A DNA stretch of 64,000 nucleotides, from positions 24,118,001-24,182,000 of the forward strand of contig NC_135901.1 in the NCBI RefSeq assembly GCF_964194155.1. The letters are read 5' to 3'. Within the stretch, counting starts at the first letter, position 1; every line of letters begins with the position of its first letter. The translations under genes and the position numbers were made by a program. The notes under the pieces were generated by a model. That model was not told the DNA's origin. It saw only the letters and a list, made by a program, of their open reading frames with translations, and did not search any database. This stretch comes from Cetorhinus maximus. Lineage: Eukaryota. Of the stretch, positions 11,523 through 24,554 are shown piece by piece.

Positions 11523-13286
11523 ACATTTTCTCCTTTCTAACTTTAGATTATTTCAGTTCTCAGACATTCAGTTACTCTCAAGGACAAGTCCCAGCTCCCC
11601 ATACCTTCCCGAGTGTCTCTCCTAGCCTTGAGATCCAGGGAAGGTATCAGTAACATGCACTGGATCAGGAAACCCAAACTCAGCCTGTTAATCAGTTCAG
11701 CTACTGGACATGGTGTGGGTCCCACAGCATCTCTCTCACCTTTGATGTGTGAATAGAGCATCACATCTGTAAACATGGTTTAAAATGAAATCCACTCAGT
11801 AAATGTATTGGAGAGGAGCCTGCAGGCTGATGAGACTCTGTTAAACTGTCAGTGTGCTCCTGTACTGCTCTGTGTTTTGCCTGTAATGAAAAATGCCTGA
11901 ACCTTTGTCCCAGTGGAACCTTTGCTGTTATGAAATGAGGGTATATATTAACGAGCCTCACATCCTCACTCATGTCTGCTGCAATTGTGTAGAAAGAGGA
12001 TGTGTAAAGAGCTGATCTTTCTCTGGAGATGTAAACCAAGGAAACGGTATCTGTGTGTGATAGTGACACAGCCTTGTGCTCACACTCAGAACAATGCACA
12101 GATATCCTTGTGGTTATGGTTTGAGCAGGGTCAGATCACGAACGAAGTGAACAAGTTAAATATAAATATCTCGAGTGTAGCTGCCGCTTGTTAGATCAGA
12201 GCTGGGGAGAAGGGAACTCTGAATCCACTGTATTATCTCTTTCTCTGGATCGGGTAACTACGTTTTTTGAATATAATGGTATTTTATTCATGAAATATAT
12301 TCACAGCTCAAAGGCTGAATTGTAACTTACATCAAAAAAATTCATAACATTTAAAATATAGACTAAATAATCAAGTTAAAAACATGGAAACGTGACAATC
12401 ATGTAATGATAAAAATAGATAAATTCAGCAGCTAACAGGGAAGTGGTGAACATGATATTAAAAGAAGGAATATTGAATTAAAATCATATTAAAATTACAG
12501 ACCAATACACTATTCCTATATTACAGGCTCTGAAGAAAAAATGATGACATTTATAAGTACTTCATTGAGGACTGGAATCATGTAAGGAATTACTCTGTCT
12601 ATATGATTGCAGTGCTGTTAATAAAGTCAGGAAAAGACAATCTGTTGTTGTGAGCTTGATTATCTGGTGTCTGAAACCACAAGATTCAATATTTAGAGTC
12701 AACAAGATGAACAAGGAAATACGTCACAGCCCAATATTCCAGCTCGATATTCACAGGAGAAAGTCTTATCTAACACCTGGAATGGACAGAACAGAGAAAG
12801 ATCCCAACTGTAAGAAACCCTCAAATCATTTGTAAATATCATTCAAATGTTGACAGATTCCAACCGTCAGTTTCCATTACATTGAAGTCAGTGGAAGGTG
12901 AGAGAGGTTAAAGTTTCCGTATATAAACACAACTTGATGTTGTCATCGCTTTACATTGATAGAATCAGGAGTGTCACATAAAACATTTTAAATCCTCATC
13001 ATAATTACCATCATTTTCAGGCTTGAAACTTAAACCTGTTTCACATTCAGTCTGGAATAGATCACAGTTTACACCAATCTCTGATTTGACAGCACGTTTC
13101 CAGTATTCACCATTGTTCTTCCTGACTCTAAACACAGTTGCAAAGGAGCCTTCTGTTCTGTGTCTAGGAGCTCTGAACATTGGAAGAGTGTGGTTGGGCC
13201 ACATTTCTTACACACCTCAGAATTAACCTGCAAGTTCAGTCCTGGGTATAACTAACAACAGCAATAACAGAATCCAACTCCTGCAG

Positions 13287-14330
13287 TCAGTTGTGAACTC
13301 GCTGGTGTCTCACCAGGTGGGATGACTGAGTGAATCCTTCCCACACACAGAGCAGGTGAACAGCTTCTCCCCAGCATGAATTTGCTGATGTTTCAGAAGA
13401 TGGTATGACTGAGTGAATCCCTTCCCACATGTGGAGCAAGTGAACGGCCTCTCCCCAGTTTGAACTCGCTGGTGTGTCATTAGGTCAGATGACTGAGTGA
13501 ATCCCTTCCCACATGTGGAGCAAGTGAACGGCCTCTCCCCAGTTTGAACTCGCTGTTGTGTCATTAGGTCAGATGAATAAGTGAATCCCTTCCCACACAT
13601 GGAGCAGGTGAATGGCCTCTCCCCAGTGTGAACTCACTGGTGTGTCAGAAGGTGAGATGACCGAGTGAATCCCTTTCCACACTCGGAGCAGGTGAATGGC
13701 CACTCCCCACTGTGAAGTCGCTGCTGTGTTCGCAGATACTTCTTGCTTTTAAAGCTCTTCTCACAGTCAGAACATTTAAAAGGTCTCTGATCACTGTGTA
13801 CAAGTTGATGTTCAGTAAGACGGGATGAGTGAATCCCTTCCCACAGACAGAACAGGTGAATGGACTCTTCCCAGTGTGAACTTGCTCATGCGCCAGCACG
13901 TCAGATGAGTAAGCCAATGCCTTCCCACACACACAACACCTGAACGGTTGTTCCCCGGTGTGAACTCACTGGCGTGTCAACATACTGGATAACTGAGTGA
14001 ATCTCTTCCCACATAGAGAGCAGGCGAACGGTTTCTCCCCAGTGTGACTGCGTCGATGAGTTTCCAGCTTTGATGGAGAAATGAATCCCTTCCCACAGTC
14101 CCCACATTTCCATGATTTCTCAGCAGTCCTGGTGTCCTCCTGTATCTCCAGGTTGGACGATCAGTTGAAGCTTCATCCTCACACAACACCTGTATGGTTT
14201 CTTCCTGCCGCGAATGGTGATGTTTTTCAGGCTGTTTAACTGGTTAAAGCTCTTTCCACAGCCAGTTCACTGCAACACTCTCACTTGGGTGTGTGAATAT
14301 CTCGGTTCTTTTCCCCCTGTAAAATGAGTT
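13287..14330 (-). pseudogene. C2H2 ZNF pseudogene
   Basis: Finger repeats broken by TGA at 13634-13636 and 13966-13968 and by frameshifts; cluster-type 3' block at 13235-13285. Confidence 0.85.
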
Positions 14331-14689
14331 TACCAGAGTTATCATTGTAAACACAGGATAGAAATTCAGAACAGAAAATTCTAGTTTCCTCTTTCATTCC
14401 CCCAAATCTATAAATCTCTGTCCCACACGCTCCTCTCCCTCTCTGCTCATTGTTCCAGATGGAGTGTCCAGTCTCCTAATTATTGTTTTCTCCTCTCCAG
14501 ATTCTCTCTCCTCCTGTCCTTAAACTGGTGACTCAGGTTGTGGATCAATTCCACTCCTTCACTTTAATTCCACCAAATACTTTGGGTCACAACAGCAAAT
14601 TATCTTTCATGTATCTATTAGTAATTTTAAATAAACAGAAATAACCACCTTTTCCCAATTGGGCTTTTGGTTCAGGTGGATGCCGAAGA

Positions 14690-15135
14690 GAAGCCGGGAG
14701 CGACAGATAGAGATTCCGGACCAATAGGAAGAGAGGGGGCGTGGCTGGAGGACGAGAGAGAACAGTTTGTCCGCCAACCAATCGGAGTGAATGAGGGGCG
14801 GGGCCTTATCCTACTGGCAAGAGCCTCGCGCAGGCGCGGTGCAGGGCACTGAGTGGCGCGTGCGCAGTCCGGGTGCTGGAGCAGGATGCAGGCGGTGCTG
14901 TGGCATCAACGGGGTGAGAATTGACCCCGGACAGGAGAGGAATAGAGCCAGTGGGTGGACTGAAAGGCTTCACAAGTATCTTTTGTATGTCTCAGGATCC
15001 GAATAAGAATCTAGAGGTTCCGCGTTTTGACCAAACGCAGCAATAGCTGTGGGGCATCCGATGACAGCCCCGGGTTAACGGCCGCCATCTTGACAGCAGG
15101 AAAGTGCAGGAATGCGCATGCGCGGTCATCCCTGT
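14690..15135 (+). promoter_or_regulatory. ZNF promoter-like module 2 (between divergent ZNF copies)
   Basis: CCAAT at ~14721 and ~14778, GGGCGGGGC, GCGCGTGCGCA, GGCCGCCATCTTG at ~15080, TGCGCATGCGC at ~15113. Confidence 0.7.
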
Positions 15136-15375
15136 CCCTGTCAGGAGGAGAGAATGTTGTGCATTTCTATCCTGGACTGACAGGGATGTATTTTGGAAAC
15201 TCCTTTTACAGGGGATTAAATGGGAAAAGATTTCAGGTATCAGTGTGATTGGAATAGCACCGAGATATTCAAAATCCTGGTCAGATCACACCTGGAGAAC
15301 TGTGTGAGAGTTCTGGGCATCACAGCGTAAAAGGACATGCTGTGTAGGCCTTGGAGGAAGTGCAGATTTACCTTA

Positions 15376-15531
15376 ATGACATAAAAGCAAAACACTGGGG
15401 ATGCTAAGTTTGGAATGAAAACAGAAATTCTCGAAAAACTCAGCAGGTCTGGCGGCATACGTGGTGAGAGAAACAGAGTTAACGTTTCGAATCCAAAATG
15501 ACTGTTCTCCAGTTCCAGCATTTTCTGTTTT
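15376..15531 (-). mobile_element. Penelope terminal-repeat mini-element with short inverted arm
   Basis: TSD atttacctta at 15366-15375 and 15532-15541. Confidence 0.8.
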
Positions 15532-15589
15532 ATTTACCTTACCTGAACCCAGACTCCAAGGGTTCAATTAGGATGAGTTACATAAATCA

Positions 15590-16360
15590 GTTATTATGGC
15601 ACAGAAAGGCCATTCCTCCCATCAAGTCCATGCTGGCTCTCGACAAAGCAATCGAGTCAGCCTCATTTTCCCTTCTCTATACTTAAACCCGACACGTTTA
15701 TTTCCCTCAAGTGTGTGTCTCGGTTCATTTCTAAAATCATTGATGAACTATGCTTCCACCACTCTCATTGGTACCGAGTGCTGAGTATTCCCACTCACTG
15801 TGAAAAAAAATTCTTCCCGATATCTCCCTTGTATCCCTTGCCAAAACCTTAAATGTGCTCCCTAATCCTTGTACCGTCACCTAATGGAAACAGCTTTTCC
15901 CTTGTACATTTCATCTAAATCTGTCAAAATCTTGTGCACCTCTATCAAATCTCCCCTCAGCTTTTGGTCCAAGGAGAAACCCAGCTTCTCCAAACTAACC
16001 TTGTAGCTAAATTCTATTTTCCCTGGAACCATTCTGGTAAATCTACCATGCATCCTCTCATTGAGCCTCATATCCTCCTTAAGGTGTGGTGAACAGAACT
16101 GACACAAGAATCTTCTTCTGACCTAACCGGAGCTTTATAAATTTTCAGCATATTTTCCCTACTTTTGTACTCAATGCCTGTATTTATGAAGCCCAAAATC
16201 CCATATATTTTCCTAACTGCTCTCTCAGTCTGGCATGCCACCTTCAAAGATCTGTGTACGTGAACTCTCAGGTCTCTTTGTCCCTGAACACTCTTTAGAA
16301 CTGTACCATGAAGTGTATATTGCCTCTCCCTATTCCTTCTACCAGAATTCATCACCTCAT
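15590..16360 (-). mobile_element. Degenerate CR1 RT 3' fragment
   Basis: QRDLRVHVHRSLK, YGILGFINTGIEYKS, LRGDLIEVHKI. Confidence 0.85.
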
Positions 16361-16361
16361 T

Positions 16362-16465
16362 GTGAGTTCTGAAGAAGAATCATATTAGACTCAAAATGTT
16401 AACTCTGTTTCTCTCTCCACAGATTCTGCCATACCTGCTGAGTTTTTCCAGCACTTTCTCTTTTT
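16362..16465 (+). mobile_element. Penelope terminal-repeat mini-element
   Basis: Starts gtgagttctgaagaag; TSD acctcatt at 16354-16361 and 16466-16473. Confidence 0.78.
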
Positions 16466-16479
16466 ACCTCATTTGAAGG

Positions 16480-16850
16480 TTATATTCCCTGGAATTTAGA
16501 AGATTAAGAAGTGATTTGATCAAAGCTTTCAGGATGTTAATTGGAACTGGTAGGGTAGATAGAGAGAAATGACTCCCACTGTTGGGGAATCTAGGACGAG
16601 GGGACGTAGTCTGAAAGTTGGTGTCAGATTTTTCAGGAGTGAATTTGGAAACACTTCTCCATGGAAGCTCAGTAGAAATTAGGAGCTCTACTCATCAAAT
16701 GGCAGTTCATGCCAGGTCAATGTTAATTTTAAACCTGACACTGATGAATCATTGCTAATCAAAGGTATTAAGGGGCATGGGGCAAAGTGTCACTGATCAG
16801 CCATCATCTCATTTCATGGTGGAACAGGCTCGAGGAGCTAAATGGCCAAA
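16480..16850 (+). mobile_element. CR1 3' fragment
   Basis: tccctggaatttagaagattaagaagtgatttgat (SLEFRRLRSDL) and CR1-like 3' UTR. Confidence 0.7.
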
Positions 16851-17084
16851 TCTTAGAATCATAGAAACTTACAGCACAGAAGGAGACCATTCAACCCTTT
16901 GTACTTGTGCTGTCTCTTTGAAAGCGCAGTCATGTTTAGACCAACACATCCACTTTCTGTTTGTAACCCTGTGAGTTCCTCATTCCCAAATCCCTGTCAA
17001 CTTCCTTTTAAAATTCCTTATAGGATCAGATTCCAGCACCTTTTCAGGTCGAGAGTTCCAGATCCTGACAACCCTCTGTCAGTG

Positions 17085-17395
17085 CAGAAACTGCTGAATC
17101 CGATATTGAGTCTGGAAGGTTGTTAAGTGCCAGATTGAAAGATGAGCTGCTGTTCCTCGAGCTCCCATTGGAACAGTTCAGGAGGCCAAGGACAGAGAGG
17201 TCAGAGTGGGAGTGGGGCAGAGAATTAAAATGACAAGTGACTGGAAACTCAGGGTCAAGTTCACAGACTGAACCGAGGTTGTTCCACAAAGTGATCACCC
17301 AATCTGTGTTTGATCTTCCCAATGTAGAGCAGACCACATGGTCAGCACTGAATACAGAAACTAAATTGCAAGAAGTACAAGTAAATCACTGTTTG
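17085..17395 (-). mobile_element. Degenerate Penelope GIY-YIG fragment
   Basis: Similar to 5470-5760 (LEEQQLIF, PVTCHFNS, LSVLGLL). Confidence 0.75.
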
Positions 17396-17554
17396 GTTTC
17401 ATGGTTAAAAATCTTGGGAACAGCCTGAAGAAAGATTCTTTATTTGAAGAGTAAAGATTGCAAAGTCAAGCAAACTGATCATCAGAATATTAAATTCTAT
17501 TCCAGTTATAAGGATTTTTAATATCAATAGAAATGAACCCTATGTGTCCGAATG

Positions 17555-17705
17555 AACACGGTTCAGTCCTGGATGTGATTAATCCAGCAGAGTCCAAGCC
17601 CTGCAGTCACTGATGAACCGGCTGGTGTTTCAGCAGTTGGGATGATCAATTAAATCACTTCTCACACACGGAGAAGGTGAACGGTCTCTGCCCAGTATGA
17701 ACTCA
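17555..17705 (-). pseudogene. ZNF remnant (last finger plus shared 3' block)
   Basis: Minus-strand TGQRPFTFSVCEK-like finger and cagtcctggatgtgattaa block. Confidence 0.65.
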
Positions 17706-18116
17706 ATATTGTCTGTATTGGACATGATGGTTTTCCGATGTACCAGCTGCCCTTGTCTTTCTGGTTGGTGGGGTTTGTTGGTTTGGGAAATTCTGTTAAA
17801 ATTCTGCTTGAGGTGCAGATGGATGAAGTCCATCTCCTTTTCCCCTCTTCCAACTCTCTTTCTCTCTCTGTCTCTCACTCTCTCCTACCATAAAGGTCAG
17901 AGGCTTGTGTAGGCCCAGACTGGGTGGCAGGTTCCCTTCCCTGAAGGACATTAGTGAACCTGTTGGATTTTTAGGACAATCAATACTTTTTCTTGTTTTA
18001 AATTCATTTTACAGGATATCGGAAAGGGAGGATTTGGAAGTGAGAACCAAGCATCGGATCAAGGCCTGACAGATACACTCAAATCATCAGGACCTGAATA
18101 CCATTGGATTTTGAAC

Positions 18117-18986
18117 ATGGAAGGAAAAAGCACCGTTCATAGTGAGGAGAAACTGTACACGTGTTCTGTGTGTGGATGAAGATTCAGCCAATCATCTGGC
18201 CTTTCGAAACACAAGTGCAGTCATGACCGGGTGAATCGTTGGAAATGTGGGGACTGTGGGAAAGGATTTAATTACCCATCTGAGCTGGAAACTCATCAGC
18301 GCAGTCACACCAGGGAGAGGCCGTTCACGTGTCCCGTCTGTGAGAAGGGATTCACTTGTTCATCTACCCTGCTGACACACCAGCGAGTTCACACTGGGGA
18401 GAGACCTTTTAAATGCCCAGACTGCGGGGAGTATTATAAAAGTTCTGGGGAAGTAATGCACCATCAACGTATTCACACTGACGAGAGACCATTCAGGTGC
18501 TCTCACTGTGGGTCAGCGTTCAGGCAATCATCCGAACTCACTGTACATCAGCGCATTCACGCTGGAGAGAGACCGTTCACTTGCTCCGAGTGTGGGAAGG
18601 GATTCATTCAGTTATCCCACCTGCTGACACACCATCTAGTTCACACTGGGGAGAGGCCATTCACCTGCTCCAAGTGTGGGAAGGGATTCACGTGTTCATC
18701 TCACCTGCTGACACACCAGCACAGTCACACTGGTGAGCGGCCATTCACCTGCTCTGAGTTTGGGAAGAGATTCACTCAGTCATCTGCCCTGCTAAAACAT
18801 CAGCGAGTTCACAATGGGGAGAAGTTGTTCACTTGCTCTGAGTGTGGGAAGGGTTTCACTCAGTCATCCAACCTGCTGACACACTGGCGGGTTCACAATG
18901 GGGAGAGACCATTCACCTGCTCTGAGTGTGGAAAGGGATTCACTCAGTCATCCACGCTGCTGAGACACCAGCGAGTTCACAAGTAA
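18117..18986 (+). pseudogene. C2H2 ZNF with one premature stop (paralog of the 31692-32930 gene)
   Basis: ATG 18117 [20 protein letters not shown] then TGA 18177-18179, in frame with ORF 18231..18986 (8 intact fingers, 1 degenerate). Confidence 0.8.
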
Positions 18987-20037
18987 CGAGAGTGATGGAA
19001 TTTTGCGACTGAATCATGTTCATTGGGGTCTGTTTCTGCTGATGTTAATGAATTCCAGCCCAGTTATAGAACATAAGAAATAGGAACAGTAGACCATTCG
19101 GCCCCTCGAACCTGCTCCACCATTCAATAAGATCATGGCTGATCTTCTTGTGTTTCGATTTTCACATTCCCATCTAACCCTGATAACCTTTGATTCCCAC
19201 CTTTGATTCCCATATTATGGATAAAAGTCAAATAAATCAGCTTTGTGTAAAACACAAAATGTGTTGAGTCTTTTAAATGTTTCTAACACAAGTTAGTTTA
19301 TTTTGAAGGGCTCTCCCATTCCCCTATCTCCTCAGTTCTCACCTCCAACAACAAGTGTGAGGAACTCATGGAGCTTCATTATAACTAAGATTGAGACAAT
19401 CCGATCAGCTGTCCCTGCTGCTTCCCTCCCTTCCAATAGCCCACTGGGACAAACTGTCTCTTACGTTCTCCTGTCCTGGGCCTGAATTCACAACTTTCTC
19501 TAGTTTCCCTGCGACCTCCCCTCAGGCAGGTTTCCTTTGGCCTCTCCAGGTTGGATGATTAGACAATCAGTTGAAGCCTCGTCCACAGACAAAGCACAGA
19601 GCCCAGAGTGAGACTGGGGTGGGGGAGGTGTAAGAGTTGTGGGAGCTAGGGAGGGGCAGGGGATGGTTAACAGTTGTGAGAATGCAGGGGGTTGAGTTGT
19701 TTGAGCTGGGGAGGAGGGTGTGGAGCAGTCATTTTTTCACTGGTCTTTACAATGGAGGCAGTGATGGGGCCTCAGACCTCATTCTCTGGACACGTGAATA
19801 ATCACAAGAAAAGAAACACTCGTAATGGAGCCTCGAACCCGATGGCAGGACTGTCCCAGCTGAGTCTCCGCTCCACAGCTGCTATTGCTGCCCCAGAGGA
19901 CATGACAGCAACTCCTCAGCGTGCAACCTCCCCAGGGATTATGACCCACAGTTTGGGAACCCCTGCTGTAAGGTCTTGTCAACATTTTTTGTTTGAGTTT
20001 TCTGTCTGCAAATCCTCTCCCTCTCCTATCCTGCAAA

Positions 20038-20465
20038 AGGAAAGGTTGGACAGGCTAGGCTTGTATCTTCTGGAGTTTAGAAGAGTAAGAGGCTACTTGA
20101 TGGAAACATATAAGATCCTGAGGGGTCTTGACAGGGTCGTTGTGGAGAGGATGTTTCCTCTTGTGGGAGAATCTAGAACTAGGGGTCACAGTTTAAAATT
20201 AAGGGGTCGCCCATTGAAGACAGAAATGGAGAGATTATTAAGAGCAAAAGTGAGTATTTTGGAACTCTCTTCCTCAAAAGGCAGTGGAAACAGAGTCTTT
20301 GAATATTTTTAAGGTATAGATAGATTAATTCTTGGTAAACGAGAGTGGAAGGTTATTGGGGTAGGTGGGAATGTGGAGATGAGGTTACAATCAGATCAGC
20401 CATGAACTTATTGAATGGTGGAGTAGGCTGAGGGGCCGAGTGGCCTCACTCCTGCTCCTAATTTG
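20038..20465 (+). mobile_element. CR1 3' end
   Basis: ERLDRLGLYLLEFRRVRGYLMETYKILRGLDRV. Confidence 0.85.
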
Positions 20466-20474
20466 TCTGTTTGT

Positions 20475-21146
20475 CCAACAACAAGTGTGAGGAGCTCATG
20501 GAGCTTCTTTGTCACTAAGATTGAGATAATCTGATCAGCTGCCTCTGCTGCTTCCCTCCCTTCCACTAACCCACTGGGCTGAACTGCCTCTAATTTTCAT
20601 CCTTGCCCGAGACCTGAACTCACATCTTTCTTTAGTTTTTCTCCCATCTCCCCTCCTGCCCTCTCAGGGCTCATCTTCTCCATGAATCCCACCTTCTGCT
20701 CCATCGACCCTATTCCCACTAAACTGCTGATCAGCCAACTTCCCCATGTTCACTGACTTTATTAATGGTTCTCTCTCTCAGGTACTGTCCTGCTCTCCTT
20801 CAAATTTGCCATCATCAGCCCCTCCTCAAAAAACAAATCCTTGACTCCCCCGTCCTTTCACTGACCCACCTGCAGGCTTTCTTTCCTCTCCAATGTCCTT
20901 GAACCAAAGTCCCAAATCCATGCCCACCTTTCTTGGACATCCATGTCTGAATCCCTCCAATCAGGTTTCTGCCCCTGTCACAGTGCTGAAACAGCTCTTA
21001 TCAAAGTCACAAATTACATCCTATGTGACTGTGAGAAAGATAAACTTTCCCTTCTCGACTTGTCTGCAGCCTTTGACAAGGTCAACCACATCATTCTGCT
21101 CCATCACCTCTCCACTGTTGTCCAGCTGGGAGGGGCTGCTCTCTCC
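20475..21146 (+). mobile_element. L2 LINE RT fragment (related pieces at ~19330-19520 + and ~31265-31510 -)
   Basis: CSIDPIPTKLL, LQSGFCPCHSAETALIKVTN, LLDLSAAFD. Confidence 0.85.
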
Positions 21147-21361
21147 TGACTCAGGCTGTGGGTCAATCCCACTCCTTCACTCTAATTCTCCCAGATAATG
21201 CAGCTCACAACCAGAAATCATCTTTAATGACTTTATTAGTAATTTTCAATGTTTGGAAAGAATCATCTTTTCCAATTGTGTCCAGTGGTTAGTTCAGTCA
21301 GAGCTTCCTTCTTCCCAGGTCTGTTCCAACAAGCTGTGTTTATTTGAGTCACATTTGTACA

Positions 21362-21552
21362 CACTCACTCACTCGGTAAGTGATCAGATCTCACTGAACT
21401 ATGACACAAGCTGTGTCTATCTGAGTTATATTTACACAGACTCATTCACTCAGTAAGTGATCAGATCTCACTGAACTATGACACAAGCTGTGTCTATCTA
21501 AGTTACATTGATACAGATTCATTCACTCGGTAAGTGATCGGGTCTGACTGAG
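21362..21552. repeat. 77-bp tandem repeat, ~2.4 copies
   Basis: gtaagtgatc recurs at 21376, 21453 and 21530. Confidence 0.9.
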
Positions 21553-21559
21553 ATACAAT

Positions 21560-21805
21560 AACAACTTATATTTATATTGAGCTTTTAACATAATTAAACA
21601 TCCCAAGGCGTTTCACAGGAGCATAAGGCCATATTAGGTCAGATGACCAAAGCTTGGTCAAAGAGCTCGGTTATAAGGAGTGTCTTAGAGGAGGAAAGTG
21701 AAGTAGAAAGGTGGAGAGGTTTACGGAGGAAATTCCAAAGCTTAGGGTCCAGGCAGCTGAAGGCGCAGCCACCAATGGTGGAGAGATTAAAATCGGGGAT
21801 GAAGG
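21560..21805 (-). mobile_element. L2 3' end fragment (another at ~22960-23188 +)
   Basis: IGGCAFSCLDPKLWNFL ... KTLLITELFDQA. Confidence 0.75.
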
Positions 21806-22149
21806 ACATCAGATAATGGTGCTCTATGTATGTGGGCCTTATAGCCCAGGCCTCAAGGCCTAAATCTGAACTTTGCAATATCGTTTGACCGTCCTTAGTC
21901 TCAAAGAAAAGCAATTCCCTGTATGAACAGCTTGTAAGATCTTTGTTTATTGATACCATAAGAAGTTAGGACCAGTTGAATCCTCCTGTGTACTCGATGG
22001 GGATTGACTTTAACAGATTTAAAATCCTCTGGATTTCAGTGTTACAACAGCAACATTTTAATAAAAAGAAAACATATATATAAATCCTGGAAAACTAAAA
22101 GAACAAAAATGGGGAATTACACAGCAGCTCAATCATTTCAAAGTGATAA

Positions 22150-22955
22150 ATGAATGGTCACTGTTTCAGGGGGACTCCTTCAGAATGAACACTTCCCACC
22201 AGCAGCACCAACCCCCACTCCCCCTCCCCCTCCCTGTTCACTGAACATTCCTTCATCCACCCAATGGCTCCCAGCCCAGACTGACATTCAGCACGAACCC
22301 AGTGAGAGGGTGAGCTGGCCCTCGGGATGTCAGAATGAACAGGAGCTGGAAGTGGTTCCAATCAATACATTGTCTGTGTCATTATTTAAAAAGGGAATTA
22401 ATATTTTGTCAAACGCCCCTGTGCACCCCCTTGGTGAATTACAATTTCCAGCCCAGACCCTTCCTATTGCTTCTACATGGTGCATCCTGTGTGGTTTCAG
22501 CAGAGGGAGAGACAGGCTGCTCACATCCCTGCTCTCACTGCCGAGAGGCTTGTGGTCTCCGTCTTCTGGGTGTCAGAGCCCCTCAGGGTCCCGGCAAACA
22601 CTGGTCCACCTGTATCTGTGCAGGGGCAGATTCGGCTGGTGGGAGACGGGACAGCGTGTCGGGAGATGGGGGCAGCATGTTGTGTACTGCCTGGGGGTTC
22701 GGGAGTAATGGGTGAGAACTGGGAACACTTTGATCGGTGTTCCCACTTCCGTGTCTCCTCTGTCTATCATCCCTCTCCTGGACCAGAGTCACATCATTCC
22801 TCCCACTTTGCTGCAGACCAGTTTGGTGGAGATCAGTGACGTGTTGTAAGGTCACATATACAGTGTCCGTCATCCTGTTTAAGGCAGCAGACATCTCCTG
22901 CACGGCCGTGGTCATGACCTGCATGGACCCATTTCAGAGCTGTGCTTGAAGCTCC
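22150..22955 (-). mobile_element. Probable Harbinger second-gene remnant
   Basis: Shares GLQ(Q/H)SGRNDVTLVQERDD with 40120-40305, which lies convergent to a Harbinger transposase fragment. Confidence 0.5.
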
Positions 22956-23194
22956 ATGGAGGCAGCCACTCTCTCCATAACAGACAGTCTCCGGAACCTC
23001 CTCCAGCCCTACGATCCTTCAAGCTCCTGCGCCCCTCCAATTCTGACCCATTCCCCACACTCCCACCTACTTCACTCCACCATTGGTGGCTGTGCTTTCA
23101 GCTGCCGAGGCCCCGAGCTCTGGATTTCGCTCCCTAAACCTCTCACCTCCTTAAAATCTATCTGTTTGACCAAGTTTTTGATCACCTGATCATG

Positions 23195-23537
23195 CGGAGA
23201 TGGTGACGTGGTGGTTAATTCACTGGACTAGTAATCCAGAGGCCCAAGCAAATGATCTGGGGTCCCAGGTTCAAATCCCACCACGGCAGATGGTGGAATA
23301 AATCTGGAATTGAAAAGCTAGTGACCATGAATCTATCATCGATTGTTGTCCTTTAGGGAAGGCGATCTACCTCCTTACCTGGTCTGGCCTACCTGTCATT
23401 TCTGACCCACAGCAATGTGGTTGACTCTTAACTGTCCTCTGAAATGCAAGCTACTATGTTCAAGGGCAATCAGGGATGCACAATAAATGCTGTCCCTGCC
23501 AGCGATACCCACATCATATGAAGGAATAATAAAAAAT
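23195..23537 (+). mobile_element. tRNA-derived SINE with LINE family B-like tail
   Basis: A-box-like tggtggttaa, B-box ggttcaaatcc (~23268), tail tcaagggcaatcagggatg...aataaatgctg...cccacatc, A-rich end. Confidence 0.85.
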
Positions 23538-23880
23538 CTAAAGCATCTTGGGACATTGTTAAAGGTTCTATATAAATGCAACATGATGTTGTTATTACCC
23601 TTCATTGGTAAACTCCGGAATGTCACGCCAACATTTTCAATAATTACCAAATTTTCAGGCTGCCATTTCACTTTCAGGAACAAATCACAGTTTTACACCA
23701 ATCCCCGATTTGACAGCACATTTCCAGCATTCACCGTTGTTCTTCCTGACTCTAAACCCAGTTGTAAAGGAGCCTCCTAAGCTTTGAACCATGGAACACA
23801 CATTTCTTAAACGTCAGTATAACTCACATGTTCAGTCCTGGATGTGAGTAACAGCAGCAATAAGACTCGAACTCCTGCAG

Positions 23881-24554
23881 TCACTTGTGAATTTTCTGGT
23901 GTCTCACAAGGTCGGATAGCTGAATGAATGCCTTCTCACATTCAGAGCAGGTGAATGGCTTCTCCCCAGTGTGAACTTGCTGGTGTCTCAGCAGGTGGGA
24001 TGACTGAGCAAAGCTGTTCCTACACACGGAGCAGGTGAACGGCCTCTCCCCAGTGTGAATTCGCTTGTGTACCAGAAGGTCGGATGGCTGGGCAAATCCC
24101 TTCCCACAAACACGGAGCAGGTGAACAGTCTCTCTCCAGTGTGAACTCGCTCATGTCTCAGAAGGCGGGATGGCTGAGTGAATCCCTTTCCACATGTGTA
24201 GCAGGTGAACAGCCTCTCTCCAGTGTGAACTTGCTGGTGTGTCAGATGGTGTGATGACCGAATGAATCTCTTTCCGCACTCAGAGCAGAGGAACGGCCTC
24301 TCCCCAGTGTGAACAAGCTGGTGTGCTACCAGATTCTTCTTGTTTTTAAAGCTCTTCTCACAGTGAGAACATTTAAAAGGTCTTTGATCACTGTGTACAC
24401 GTTGGTGGTCAGTGAGGTGGGATGACTGAGTGAAGCTCTTCCCACGCACAGTGCAGGTGAATGGTCTCTCCTCAGTGTGACTGCGTCGATGAGTTTCCAG
24501 CTTTGGGTAATTTAATCCCTTCCCACAGTCCCCACATTCCCATAGTTTCTCCAT
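23881..24554 (-). pseudogene. C2H2 ZNF with frameshift (~8 fingers)
   Basis: MEKLWECGDCGK start at 24554; frameshift near 24105; original stop at 23881-23883; degenerate fingers upstream to acceptor near 24920. Confidence 0.8.

Noticed and set aside
19692-20312. 206-aa novel protein
   Set aside because: Chance read-through from unique sequence into a CR1 3' fragment; TTG start.
23200-23290. tRNA gene
   Set aside because: Pol III boxes continue into a SINE body and LINE-like tail; no clean cloverleaf seen.
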